Shown here: positions 37,221-48,702 of the stretch, piece after piece
How the letters are laid out: each line of letters starts with the position of its first letter
How positions within the stretch are numbered: position 1 is the first letter of the stretch
NCBI RefSeq assembly: GCF_018350175.1
Contig: NC_058368.1
Location: forward strand, 136,588,001-136,652,000
Length of the DNA stretch: 64,000 nt
Source of the DNA: Felis catus
Taxonomy: Eukaryota
Direction of reading: 5' to 3'
Made by a program: the position numbers and the translations under genes
Notes under the pieces: generated by a model
Databases searched by the model: none
What the model was told of the DNA's origin: nothing
The model's input: the letters and a program-made list of their open reading frames with translations, nothing else

Positions 37221-39699
37221 AATTACTATCTGACTATAGTCTTCCTTCTTATTCTTATTCTTGTTCTTTTTCTTCTTAAGTGTTCAAGGATTCTAGGTAT
37301 GAGCTTAGGGTCGTTATGACGTTAAATAATTCCTCGACTTTTCCTTAAGGGAGAGAGGTTTCACTGCTTATCTTTCCAGGCAACCAGAGCTGAGCTCAGA
37401 TACTGGTAACATAGAAGAAAAGCTGGCCTCCTAGCGTCTCAGGTGGGCCAGACATCAGGAAGAAGAATCACCTTCTCCATCACTATGCTGTCCTCACAAG
37501 AGCGCTACCTCTTCTTCTCTCATTGCAAGCTTAATACTGTTCCTCTCAGCCCAGAGGAGCACTGGTAGGATGACGGGTGTTGGGGATTTCTAGGTTTCAA
37601 GGATGAAGAACACCTAGCAGTAAAGCAGAAACAAGAGTGCCTTCTAGTAGGAGAGGAAGTATGCAGAGTGTCAGAAAATAACATTGTTATCATGCAGGCC
37701 TGGTATTAATGGAAAAGATGGAGAATAACTCAGAATGGAGGAGAATTTTCACATTCCCTCAGCTGAGATCATTTCTTCAAGGCAAGTGGTTTTGAATTGC
37801 TATGAATAGCCTCCTATTTGCATGGCTTTCTTATTTCTTTTAATTACCCCCCAATAAATTGCTTTAAAACAACATTATTATCTCCAGCAGACCCCTTCTC
37901 CTAGGAACCAGACCAAGCATATCTCATATTTGGTTTTTTTGCTTCTTCACAGCATAGCACTGAGCCTCATGATACTGTTATCAATCCGTGGCTGTCAAGA
38001 GCTGAGGCAGAGCTGGACAAACTGGGATTAGACATCTCCTGAATCTTCTGTTACAGATCACAGTGTGGAAGGGGACAGGACTGTGAACAGATTTCAGTTG
38101 TGTAGCTCACAAAATCTTGGTGAAATCTTTGTGGTCTGATTTGGGTCAGAACAAAGATATGGGCTGGTTTCCATGTCTCCTAAATTTTCAAGCCAACAAT
38201 GTCAGTACTCCCTCAAGTTAGCCCAGGAATCCTGAAAACCACATTACTGAAGGAGGAAGACTAAAAAATAATTTATGTACTCCTTCCACTCATTGATCCT
38301 ATTTCCATCCTTTGGGGCCCAGAGAGAAGAAGTAAAAGCCCTCTGCAACATGACAGCCTTTTATAGGGTTACACCTTCAAACACATTTTTCCTAAGATTC
38401 CAGGAGTCCACACTAAACATCCCCAGCACATCAGCCATTCCTCAGAAGACATGAATTTTCATTCTCAGCTGGACCAATTTTGTTTTTGTCTCTCTTACAG
38501 TATGCTGCCCATTTTAAGGTATGAGCTAACAAAGACGTACATGGTGTGAGTATCACCCTTCTCATTAGTGACAGTGACCATTGTTCTTGGAAAATATACG
38601 CAGTGCTGAGAAACAACTTTGTAAGGGCTGCGAGAAGAGCTATTATCTGTGGTGTTTACTATCAGTAGACTCTATGAAGTGCTTTATAAACATTAGGCCA
38701 TTAAGTGGGGTGGGGGAAATAAAAGGGGATTTCTGTTCACCTAATGAGGTTCCCTCTAGGGATGAGAAGTTTGGCTAAAATCATCATTTGGGTCCTCCCA
38801 TTCCAGATACTACCCTGAAGGGTCTTTTTCTTTTAAAAGCTTACAAAGGTGAAACGATGATTAATTGAAATTACTAACCCTATATTATAAAAAAGAAGTG
38901 AATGTAGTTTTGCTTACGAGTTTACAAAGCATAATTATGTCTAATAGCAAGTAACGAGTAATTCAGCTATGATGTTAACTTCACGTCCCTTTTCACTGGG
39001 GAATGGCTAGACGCCCTCCTCACTGGCCAGAAAGGAGGCAGCCTGTGTCCTTGTGCTTTCTTCATCCTCAGTCTGCATCTCCCACCCATTCTCTTCCAGA
39101 CAGCTCTGGGGCTGGATCATGGCGGCTTTAATTAAACAATTATTGAGAACTCACAAGCATTCTTTTCGGTTGCTTCAAGTTTACTACTTAACTGCAACCT
39201 TCCGGAATTGTATTTCTGAGCATGTCTGGATTCCTTTAATGAACACTCCTTTAATGAAAACCGCTGCCTACAGTAATCAGCAGGCTCACCCAGGCTCCCA
39301 GCTGTAGCCACGGGGATGGAATGAAGTGGAAAGAGAGGGGCTTGCTATGTCAGTCTTCCAATTCGGGCAAATTCAGATGTTTGTGGGTAATCCTTGGAGG
39401 AAAAATCAATACCGACAGATTTTCTTCTACAGTGTATTTCAGACTGAATACACATGAAAAACAACAAGCATATTATAGAGTTATTTCTACCAACCTTTTG
39501 TAAGTGGCCGGTCATATCCAAGAATATTAAGAAATCACCAAAGCAAAAGCATGTGACTTTTAATCTTGACAGTACTGACCAAGCAAATATTGCATTGACA
39601 TGAGTCATTGGGATACCTGGTCTTACAAATTTAACATGTTCATTTGTGATATGTAGTAGTTAGGAAAACTTTTAATACCAAAAAATAGGAAATTCGGTT

Positions 39700-40190
39700 A
39701 GTACTGGCTTATCCAATTAAAAAATTGTTTTTCTTACCTCATGAGTAGTCAGGAGGTAGGCAATGGCAGGCTTGGTTCAGCTTTCAAGGAATCAGGCCTT
39801 TCTAGCTTTCTTCTCAGTTGTTTTCAGCATGTTGCCTCAAGGTCACAAGATGGAGGTTGCCTTTCCAGGCAATATGTTCACCTAAGAAGTAGACGTGAGA
39901 CAAGGCATGGCTCCAGTAAGCTTTTATTCTTGTGTCTGGTTATATTATCTGAAAATAAAATCTTTCTTAAAACCCCCTTAACACAGACTTCACCCATCTC
40001 ATTGATGAAGACTGGATCCATGGCCCCCACTAGCTGCAAGGGAGAGAGGCAAAGTGGGTATCTGACAAAAGGGAAGGATTATTATAACTGGTTTAAGGGA
40101 ATCAAGATCCATAGAGTGAAGCTAGACATATGGTCTCCCCCAAGCAAAATGAATCAGGGATGGAGACTACCGAGAGAATATCAGTGATGG
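39700..40190. mobile_element. Ancient LTR remnant (LTR33/MaLR-like)
   Basis: gcctcaaggtcacaagatgga and cccccactagctgcaagggagag. Confidence 0.45.
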
Positions 40191-40413
40191 ACCACAACAA
40201 TCTCTTGTATACTGAACATATATACCACGAAAATCACTTACCATGGATCAGATTCTGAGAAAAGAAAGGAAAGGAAAAAGGAAAGGAAAGGGAGGAAAGA
40301 TAAATAACTGTGGACTTGGATTTCTTAAAAAAAAAAAAAAAGGAGACTGAAATATGCCATATGAGGTAATTAATGGTTTTTAGAGAAAACTACATTAAGA
40401 GTGTTAAAAAGCA

Positions 40414-40497
40414 GGAGTGCCTGGTGGTTCAGTTGGTTAAGTGTCTGGTTCAAGTCCCACATTGGGCTCTGTGCGAACAGTGTGGAGTCTGCTTGGG

Positions 40498-40549
<52 letters not shown>

Positions 40550-40616
40550 CCTCCCTCCCTCCCTCCCTTCCTCCCTCCCTCTCTCAAAATAAATAAATAA
40601 ACTTGTTAGTTGATTT
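40414..40616 (+). mobile_element. Can-SINE with an internal deletion and a (CT)n/(CCCT)n expansion
   Basis: TSD gagtgttaaaaagca at 40399-40413 and 40617-40631. Confidence 0.88.
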
Positions 40617-40790
40617 GAGTGTTAAAAAGCAAAATTTCAACTGAGTACATTTAAAGATCAATTTGGCTTTATTCAACAATTTATGAATTGGGCAGCATCC
40701 CATCTAGCAAATATCAGTAAATCCTGAGCTGTAGGAAAGGAAGGGTTTTTAAAGGCAGAAAATGGAGAAAGGAAATTAGCAAAAAACACA

Positions 40791-41460
40791 ATGTTTCATT
40801 ATTTTTTTATGGCTGAGTAACAGTCCATTATATATATATACCACATCCTTTTTATCCATTCGCCTATCAATGGACACTTGGGTTGCTTCCATATTTTGGC
40901 TACTGTAAATAATACTGCAGTAAACATCGGGGTGTGTATATGCTTTCAAATTAGTGTTTTGATTTTCTTTGGGTACAAACACAGCAGTACAATTCCTGGA
41001 TCGTATAAGATCTTGCCATTTGTGACAACATAGAAGGACCTAGAGGGTATTATGCTAAGTGAAGTCAGTCAGAGACAGAAAGGCAAATACCATATGATTT
41101 CACTTATATGTAGACTCTAAAAAACAAAAGAAACAAAAAAACAGAAACAGATTCATAGTATAAAAAATAATTGCCAGAGGGGATGGGGGGCAGGAGGATG
41201 GGTGAAATAGGTGAAGGGCATTAAGAGGTATAAACTTCCAGTTATAAAGTAAGTAAGTCACAGAAATGAAATGTACAACATGGGGAATATGGTCAATAAT
41301 ATTGTGATAGCGTTCTATGGTGGACAGATGGGGACTACACTTATGATGAGCAGTGAGTAATATATAGAAATGTCAAATCACGACATTGTACACCTGAAAC
41401 TAATATAACATTGTATGTCAACTATGCTTCAATAATAAAAACAAAAAATAAATTAAATAT
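40791..41460 (+). mobile_element. Carnivore L1 3' fragment with a 5' inversion
   Basis: Antisense at 40791-~41006, sense at ~41007-41460, ending in an A-rich tail. Confidence 0.88.
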
Positions 41461-41949
41461 AAGTGAATGCATTGTTTCAGGCAAGATTACCCTCATAAAG
41501 GGAATAGAAAGGGTGTATCAGGTAGACTGATTACTTCACTAATGCTGACCAGGTAATTCCAGGGTGACTGGTTAATGGTTATAATCTTGAAAGAGGTTGA
41601 AACTGCAGTTAGTTTAGGTATCAAGTCTTGGTTTCTGACATGGGTCTTACTACAAGGGACCCCATTTTGGGCCTGCTGTTTCCTTTTTAACAAGAATATC
41701 AGACTATCACTAACTATGGAGGTGCTGCTTGTCATTACTTCTCTGGAATGTAGCTTTGAAAGCAGAATTTCTCCTATTGTGCTAAAAGCAAACAAACAAA
41801 AAAGATAGACTTGATGCTTTACCTGATGGAAATATATGACAATGTTTTCTATACTATGGAAATATTCGATTAAAACACACTTGCCATGTCTAAAAAGTGG
41901 GTGGTTTTCACATCATTTATAAGAAGAAAAATGTTACTTGCAAGAGGCA

Positions 41950-42170
41950 ATATTCTCTAGCAACATCAAGAGTAAGCTCTGGAGCTAGGCAAACCTGGAT
42001 TCAAAGTATGACTTACTGCTTGTTAGCTTTGGTCAAGGCTCACTGTCTTCCTTGTGAAATGGGGAGAACAGCAAGAGACCATTGACTGCTAACGATGAGT
42101 CTTAAAGGAACCAGGGTATATTAAACCTTAGCATAGCTGCAGGCACATAAGTAACCCCTCAATATTACCT
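41950..42170 (+). mobile_element. MIR SINE
   Basis: gctctggagctaggcaaacctggattcaaag...cttgtgaaatgggga. Confidence 0.6.
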
Positions 42171-43005
42171 AGCTCAATACTTTTCTTATTTTTGTTCTGA
42201 ATAAAATAAAAACATTTGGACCTAATTTAATTGTTAATTATAATAATTTATTTATGAGATCTTGTTTGTTGTTGCCAATCCAGTTTGTTGTTGCTAATCA
42301 TATCCTGTGACCTCTCCCTGTTGGCATTCTGCCAAAAAACTATAATGAAAAAAAATACTTTGTGCTGTGTTTTGATAAGAACTCTCTACTTAGATGGTGA
42401 CTTAAGAAGTCTACAGTTGTGCATCAGACCACACCTAATGGAGTCACTGGTAGGTGGCCCTTGCCGATGCCCCTAGACCACTGTGTCCCTGGCTGCAGCA
42501 CCTCCAGTGTGCTGTGAACCCTCTGTACTAGAGACTCCAGATACAGTAGATTTGGACTGTCATAGATGACTGCTGAGTCATGGTGGCTTTTCTTTCTCAG
42601 ACCCTCCAAGTTTCTTCCAAGAAATCTCTTGGCTTGCGCGTCCTCATTTCTGTTGTTGAACAGTTCATTTTTTGGACCCAAGTATAAAATGAGACTATAC
42701 TATTATCCAGCCCACATCATTCCATTTTGCCTTCAAGAAAATCCTAAGACCCTTTGTTAAATACTTAGTTAAACGCACGCATAGCATATTTGCCTGGACT
42801 AGCGATGTGGCAAAGGCATTGAGGTTACTTAGGTTGGAAGACTTGCTTGTATTATTGTCTCTCTCCCTTATTAGAGCCAATAAGATAGAAACCATGTTTA
42901 TTTTGATAACGCTGGAGACAAAATAAGTAATTTTTGAATAACTTACCGATTAATAAACTGAATATTTGAGTGATCGCTAATTGTTTATATGCTCCCATGA
43001 CTATC

Positions 43006-43426
43006 CTTTCTTTTTTTTTCTTTTTTTTTATATGAAATTTATTGACAAAATGGTTTCCATACAACACCCAGTGCTCATCCCAAAAGGTGCCCTCCTCAAT
43101 ACCCATCACCCACCCTCTCCTCCCTCCCACCCCCCATCAACCCTCAGTTTGTTCTCAGTTTTTAACAGTCTCTTATGCTTTGGCTCTCTCCCACTCTAAC
43201 CTCTTTTTTTTTTTCTCCTTCCCCTCCCCCATGGGTTCCTGTTAAGTTTCTCAGGATCCACATAAGAGTGAAACCATATGGTATCTGTCTTTCTCTGTAT
43301 GGCTTATTTCACTTAGCATCACACTCTCCAGTTCCATCCACGTTGCTACAAAAGGCCATATTTCATTTTTTCTCATTGCCACGTAATATTCCATTGTGTA
43401 TATAAACCACAATTTCTTTATCCATT
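43006..43426 (-). mobile_element. Felid L1 3' end (5'-truncated)
   Basis: A poly-T tail followed by atatgaaatttattgacaaaatggtttccatacaacacccagtgctcatccc. Confidence 0.92.
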
Positions 43427-44289
43427 TCATAATTGTTTTCTAGAAAACTGCCCATGATCGATGTGAAAGCTACCATTACAGTGTGGAGCCCAACTCTGAC
43501 TTCTACAGCCTGACTCTAACTCGCTATTATCATGCTTCAAAGAAGATCCAGACATTTGTAGCATGTTTGACCACAGCCAGGACTAATGCAGGACACCTTT
43601 CTCTCTACAAGGCAATCTAAGCAAAGCTAAAACCAAGTACAAATAAAGTTACCTTGGAACTAACCGGGGCTGAGCAGTCCATCTATATAAGCTCATCTAA
43701 GAACAATGGGTTGTTTTAGCTTTTTTAATTCCAGGCTCTAGTATCTCTGATATGACTGAGGTGGTATCAGATAAAAGTTGTACTTGTTCCTCTGGGGAAA
43801 GTGTTTTCAAAATAAATCCTTTACCAAACATGAAGCAAGGAGAGGGTAGATTCTGCGAACAAATGCCACTTGACTGAATGTTGTTCTGTGTGTGGCTTAT
43901 TCAGTCATCTAGACACCCTCTTTACCCAAAGGACTTCATCACAGAACTGACTTTACATTAGTGATCAGACAACACCAGGGTAGCAATGCATTGCAATTGG
44001 CATTTCCATTCCACTCAGAGTATCAGGAAACATGGTTATAAACAAAAAATAAAAATTGCAGATGTCTAATATGAGTGTGGAGAAGAGAGGGGAATCTGTG
44101 CTTCTGAGAGGCATCACATGTGACCCAGGATTACTGCTGAAATGTCCAAAGGAGACTGCTTCCCAGAAACAACTAAGGCTATTGCCTAGGACAGAGGCTG
44201 CAGCAATAGAAATCGAGGCTTGGTGCAGGAAAGACTTCCTCAGTGTCAACAGTGGTATACTCTGCAGCCATGAAAATGTACCACCCAGC

Positions 44290-44655
44290 TCTCCTCCTAT
44301 GGGAGACTGACCCAACTGCCGCCCCTCCAGACCCACTTCTACACTCATGCCAAGGCTGTGCTTACCCCTACCTGCTCCCAGCCACCATGGCGAGGGTACT
44401 AAGGCAGGAACACTCTGACAGACAGGACTTGTCGCAGGGTAACTCTGTGCCAAGGTTCTCCATAGGCTTGAAACATTACTGTAATCTGAGACTCTTCTAA
44501 CCCAATCTTCCTTTGCTCACCCTCCTTTTACAGGTATTAGATCTCTATTGCAGTCTTAAAGCTCTCCTTGCCTTTCCTGTTCTCCTGAGTCCAGGAAATC
44601 TTTTGCACATCTAGTCCCATCTTGGCATCCATTCTTTGGCAGACTCAAACTGATG
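44290..44655 (+). mobile_element. LTR16-like ERVL LTR remnant
   Basis: ctgagactcttctaacccaatcttcctt and tcttttgcacatctagtcccatcttggcatc. Confidence 0.6.
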
Positions 44656-45434
44656 TTTGTAGTATTCCTTTGTCCAATCAACTGAGCATTGTTACTGCTC
44701 CAAAAACAAAGATCATACACAGAGACTATCTTGGTCAGGGTGAGAAGAAAAACCAAATATATTTCTATTCTCTACACAAGCCAGGAGTGAGAGCTTTTTT
44801 CTTTTCCCATTGGCCAATCATAAAATACTTGGGTCTCCTACAACTTATTTGTAAGGTAAAGACATAATATTATATTAGGAGTTGACAAGATTTTTAGCCA
44901 TTGGGATATTGAAAAGGAAAAAAAGGAGAGGATCACATATGTTGTTGCTGGAAACTCCCTACTCTGGAATGTAGCACATTGTCTCAATTCTCCACAAGTG
45001 CCCCACATATGGAGGGGCTGGGAGCTGTCCACAAGGGAGAGGTAAAAGAGTGCTTTTTACTAGACTCAGAGTTTCTGTATCTGATCTTGTCTCACCCACA
45101 CTCATGCACTCTTTTATCACATGGGAACTCCATGAGATCAGGGCCTATGTTTGCATTTCTCATATTCACTTCCATATTCCAATTACTTTACATAGCAGGT
45201 GTGTTCAATCTGCCCCCTAAAACAAGCCAGTGTGTCAGTGTCAGTGGCAATGTTTCCCACTAACCTATGGAAGTCAGCTGGGTGACAATAGGGAGCAGAG
45301 AGCATCAAGTATTTTTGCCTTGCAGTTTCCCATAACTGAGAAGTAAATGACCAGTAGCTGCTTGTCACTGGGTCTGTGACTGTTTGAATGATTCTTCTTC
45401 TTCTTTTTTTTTTTTTTTTTTTAAATAAATCCTG

Positions 45435-45658
45435 GGGTTGCCTGGGTGGCTCAGTCGGTTAAGTGTCAGACTTGGGCTCAGGTCCTGATCTCGTGGTTCA
45501 TGAGTTCCAGCCCGCATCAGGCTCTGTGCTGACAGCTCAGAGCCTGGAGCCTGCTTCAGATTCCGTGTCTCCTCTTTCTGCCCCTCCCCTGCTCATACTC
45601 TGTCTCTCTCTGTCTCTGTCTCTCAAAAATAAACATTAAAAAAATTTTTTTTGAGAAA
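45435..45658 (+). mobile_element. Can-SINE
   Basis: gggttgcctgggtggctcagtcggttaag... Near-TSD aaa(t/a)aaatcctg. Confidence 0.93.
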
Positions 45659-45851
45659 AAAAAAAATCCTGAATTGTCTTTCTGTAGCAGAGGATAATGG
45701 GGAAGTCTACATGAAGGTTGTAAAGGAGCTAGTTTATAGAAGTTAAAAAAAATCTCTTAACAAAATTACTGAGTTTTGTAATATATTTATATCTTCAAAA
45801 CTGCAACGTGAAAAATAAGTCCAAAACCAGTGCTTAAAAATAACTGTAATA

Positions 45852-46035
45852 GGAGCACTTGGGTGGCTCAGTTGAGCATCTGACTCTTGACTTCTGCTCA
45901 AGTCATGACCCCAGGGTCATCAGATCGAGCCCCGTGTCAGGCTCTGCACTGAGAGTGAAGCCTGCTTAAGATTCTCATTCTCTCTCTCTCTCTCTGTCCA
46001 TCCCTCCAACTCTCTCTCTCAACAGCAACAACAAC
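45852..46035 (+). mobile_element. Older Can-SINE
   Basis: ggagcacttgggtggctcagttgagcatctgactcttgac...(CT)n. Confidence 0.88.
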
Positions 46036-47184
46036 ACAAAAAAACCTGAAATACCTCATTTCTTTTTTTAAAAATGAAACTGAACATCTTATTTGGGGCT
46101 GTTTTTAATTTGTATTAGATTAAAGCAAGTAAACATTCTGAATTATAGAAAAAAGTTTCAATATTAAAATTTCTTTTCAGCTCTTGTATATTAACTTATT
46201 AGTCATACCCTTCAATGAAACATAATTTATAAGCTTATATCCATTTGTTTGTGAGCACATTATGAATAACAAAAAACACTTTATTAATTTGATAATTATG
46301 AGCCATTATTTGGCTAGAGAGGACCAATTAAGTCAGAAGAATTTCTCCTTTCTCTCTCTCTCTCTCTCTCTCTCAGCACGTCTCTGTATCTCTGTCTCTC
46401 TCAGTCAGTTTGTTTGTCTCCCTGAAAGATAACCAGAGGATGACTAAACTTGGGGGAACATAAAAGAATTAAACTAAATCACACTGTATTAGAACTGGGA
46501 GAAGACTTTAGAGATGATTTGGTCCATAACTCTTAACCTACAGGCTATGAATATCTAGGGAATCAATGAGTTGGCTTCATGGGAACAACTGTAGTGGGGT
46601 CTTGGTGACCCTGTTAGATGGTCCTGCAAAGGCAGAGCTGTCCAACTGCACTTGTTAGGGATGACATGGACTCAGTGGCTTCCAGAGTCTGCTCCCAGGC
46701 AGGCCAAAGAAAAGAGCAATAGACAGTTCCTGATAAAGGCAGCTAATTATGAGCATTCCTATATCCTCATGGACTATGTAAGTAAATTATCTCAGGACAT
46801 AATAATCCTATCATCCTGGAGGGTCAGCACCACTGGGAATGCATGTGTAGAAAAAAAAACAAAACAAAAAAACAAGAGGTCAAAGATGGGGAGAATTGTG
46901 GTACTCTGAACAGAAGCAGAAAAAATCAACAAATATTGATTTGGGAGGGTAGGCAAGGGTTTGGTTTTTAAGATATGGCATTCAAGGATTGGTTAGAATA
47001 CCCATGTTTAGGTGTTCCAAAAGCGGTGTGAAACACAGAAGTGAAGGTCAATTTTCCCTATTACTCTAGCAAAATTCCTTCCCCATGAGTTTTTCTTTCG
47101 TCTGGAGTTCTCCTGAATCAACCCATGGCCACCATCGCACTTAGCCCTAGGAGTGTGCTGCACCCTCCTTTACCTGAAGTATTG

Positions 47185-47420
47185 TGAACTCGCTTGTAAC
47201 AGATGAAGACAGTCAGTTGCTAGCCTTTCTGAACTTTGCCTTTGGTGACTTTACACTGGTAGCTTCAAGTTTGCCACAGTGGAAGGGTAATAAATAAGTT
47301 ATCTTTTAGAAATAAATTTCTATTTGTATCATAGAAATCAGCCAAGGCTATAAATCAGGACTCCCCCCCCACCCACCGACCCATAGGTTGTTGAACATTT
47401 ACCAGCCTTTTCCAGTCACT
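47185..47420. mobile_element. MER63-like DNA transposon fossil
   Basis: ggtagcttcaagtttgcca...aaatcagg...ggttgttgaacatttaccagc. Confidence 0.5.
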
Positions 47421-47449
47421 GCCTAAGAGTAAACTAGGGACAGGGAGTA

Positions 47450-47950
47450 TGCAGGCCTTAAATAGGATGATTAGGAAAGACCTTAATATTAAAGTGGCAT
47501 TTGGGACAAAGAAGAGCATCCCTTAGTTACAGAAAACAGCAAATGCAAGGCACCTGATGCAGGAGCATGCTTGGGGTTCAAGGGACAGGAAAAAAAAAAG
47601 GCTAAAGTGGGTAGAGCAGAATGAGTGAAAGAGAGAGTGGTAGGAGATTAAGTCAGAGATGGATGATGCGGTAAGAGGCAAATCATCAAAGACCCTTTAG
47701 ATGATTATAAGGAATATAACTTTTACTTTGAGAAAAATGGCAAACCAGTTGAGGGTATAAAGCAGTTGAAGGGACATGAGTACGACTTAGACGTTTAAGG
47801 GATTTCTCCTTTTAAAGGGGGTGTTTCATGAAGAACAGGCTGCAAGGGGTTAAGGTGGCTGCAGAAAGACCCAGATGAAATCTGATGGTGACTAGGACCA
47901 GAGGGCTAGTGATGAAGAGGGAAGAAGTGGTCATATTCTGGATGGATGCA
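47450..47950 (-). mobile_element. L2 fragment
   Basis: acagcaaatgcaaggcacctgatgcaggagcatgcttgg and ttttactttgagaaaaatgg. Confidence 0.65.
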
Positions 47951-48037
47951 GGATTGTGATTAGCAAGAAGCTTTCAGCTCAATGAGAGAAAACCTCTACC
48001 TACCTACCTTCCTTCCTTCATTTCCAAAAAGACCTTT

Positions 48038-48252
48038 TTTTTTAGTTTATTTATTTTTGAGAGAGAAAGAGGGTGCAAGTGGGAGAGGGGCAGAAAGAGA
48101 GGGAGAGAGAGAGAGAATCCTAAGCAAGCTCTTCGCTGTCAGCATGGAGCCTGATGAGGGGCTTGAACTCAAAAACTGAGATCATGACCCAAACCAAAAC
48201 CAAGAGCCAGATGCTTAACCAACTGAGCCATGCAGGCACCCCCCCCCCCCCC
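48038..48252 (-). mobile_element. Older Can-SINE with a C14 run at its 5' end
   Basis: TSD aaagaccttt at 48028-48037 and 48254-48263. Confidence 0.88.
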
Positions 48253-48544
48253 GAAAGACCTTTCGAATAGAGTTTTTATAATCCCCAATGAAGTACCAAG
48301 CCTTCTGTGCCTGGAGATAATCAGGAAGAAGCCTGATAATCACCCATCACTGATACTGAAGAAGAGTTTCCTACATTGGGAAGAAACACCTACAGGCTTC
48401 TAATAGTCTACAGTGGCATAGGGGCTTGGCTACACAAAAAAAAATGTTTCTGCCTAAACGCAATAACTGAGGTAAGGCTAAGGGAGCAAATAGAGTTGGA
48501 TGTATCTATTTAAGTGGCTTCATTTCTGTGAGGGGTTTTTCTTG

Positions 48545-48702
48545 AATATAATATATATGTTATATAAGTGTATGTAAAACATTACACATTATCTAACATA
48601 ATTATATATTATATAATATTTATAATTGCATATATGTAATATATAATTATATTATATAATATATATAATATGTATGTACGACATATATATAATATATATA
48701 TC
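48545..48702. repeat. AT-rich low-complexity/(TA)n tract
   Basis: Degenerate TA/TAA repeats. Confidence 0.85.

Larger units (their letters stand above)
40402..41692. mobile_element. ERV1-class solo LTR carrying SINE and L1 insertions
   Basis: Perfect 10-bp inverted termini TGTTAAAAAG ... CTTTTTAACA. The flanks agag/agaa resemble a 4-bp TSD with one mismatch. Confidence 0.7.

Noticed and set aside
39741..40187. 148-aa ORF
   Set aside because: It lies in an old LTR-like remnant and resembles no protein I recognise.
43965..44453. 162-aa minus-strand ORF
   Set aside because: It overlaps an LTR16-like remnant and shows no coding features.
3805..48252. SINE strand bias (11 minus vs 5 plus) as evidence of a host transcript direction
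   Set aside because: The sample is too small to distinguish from chance, and L1s occur on both strands.
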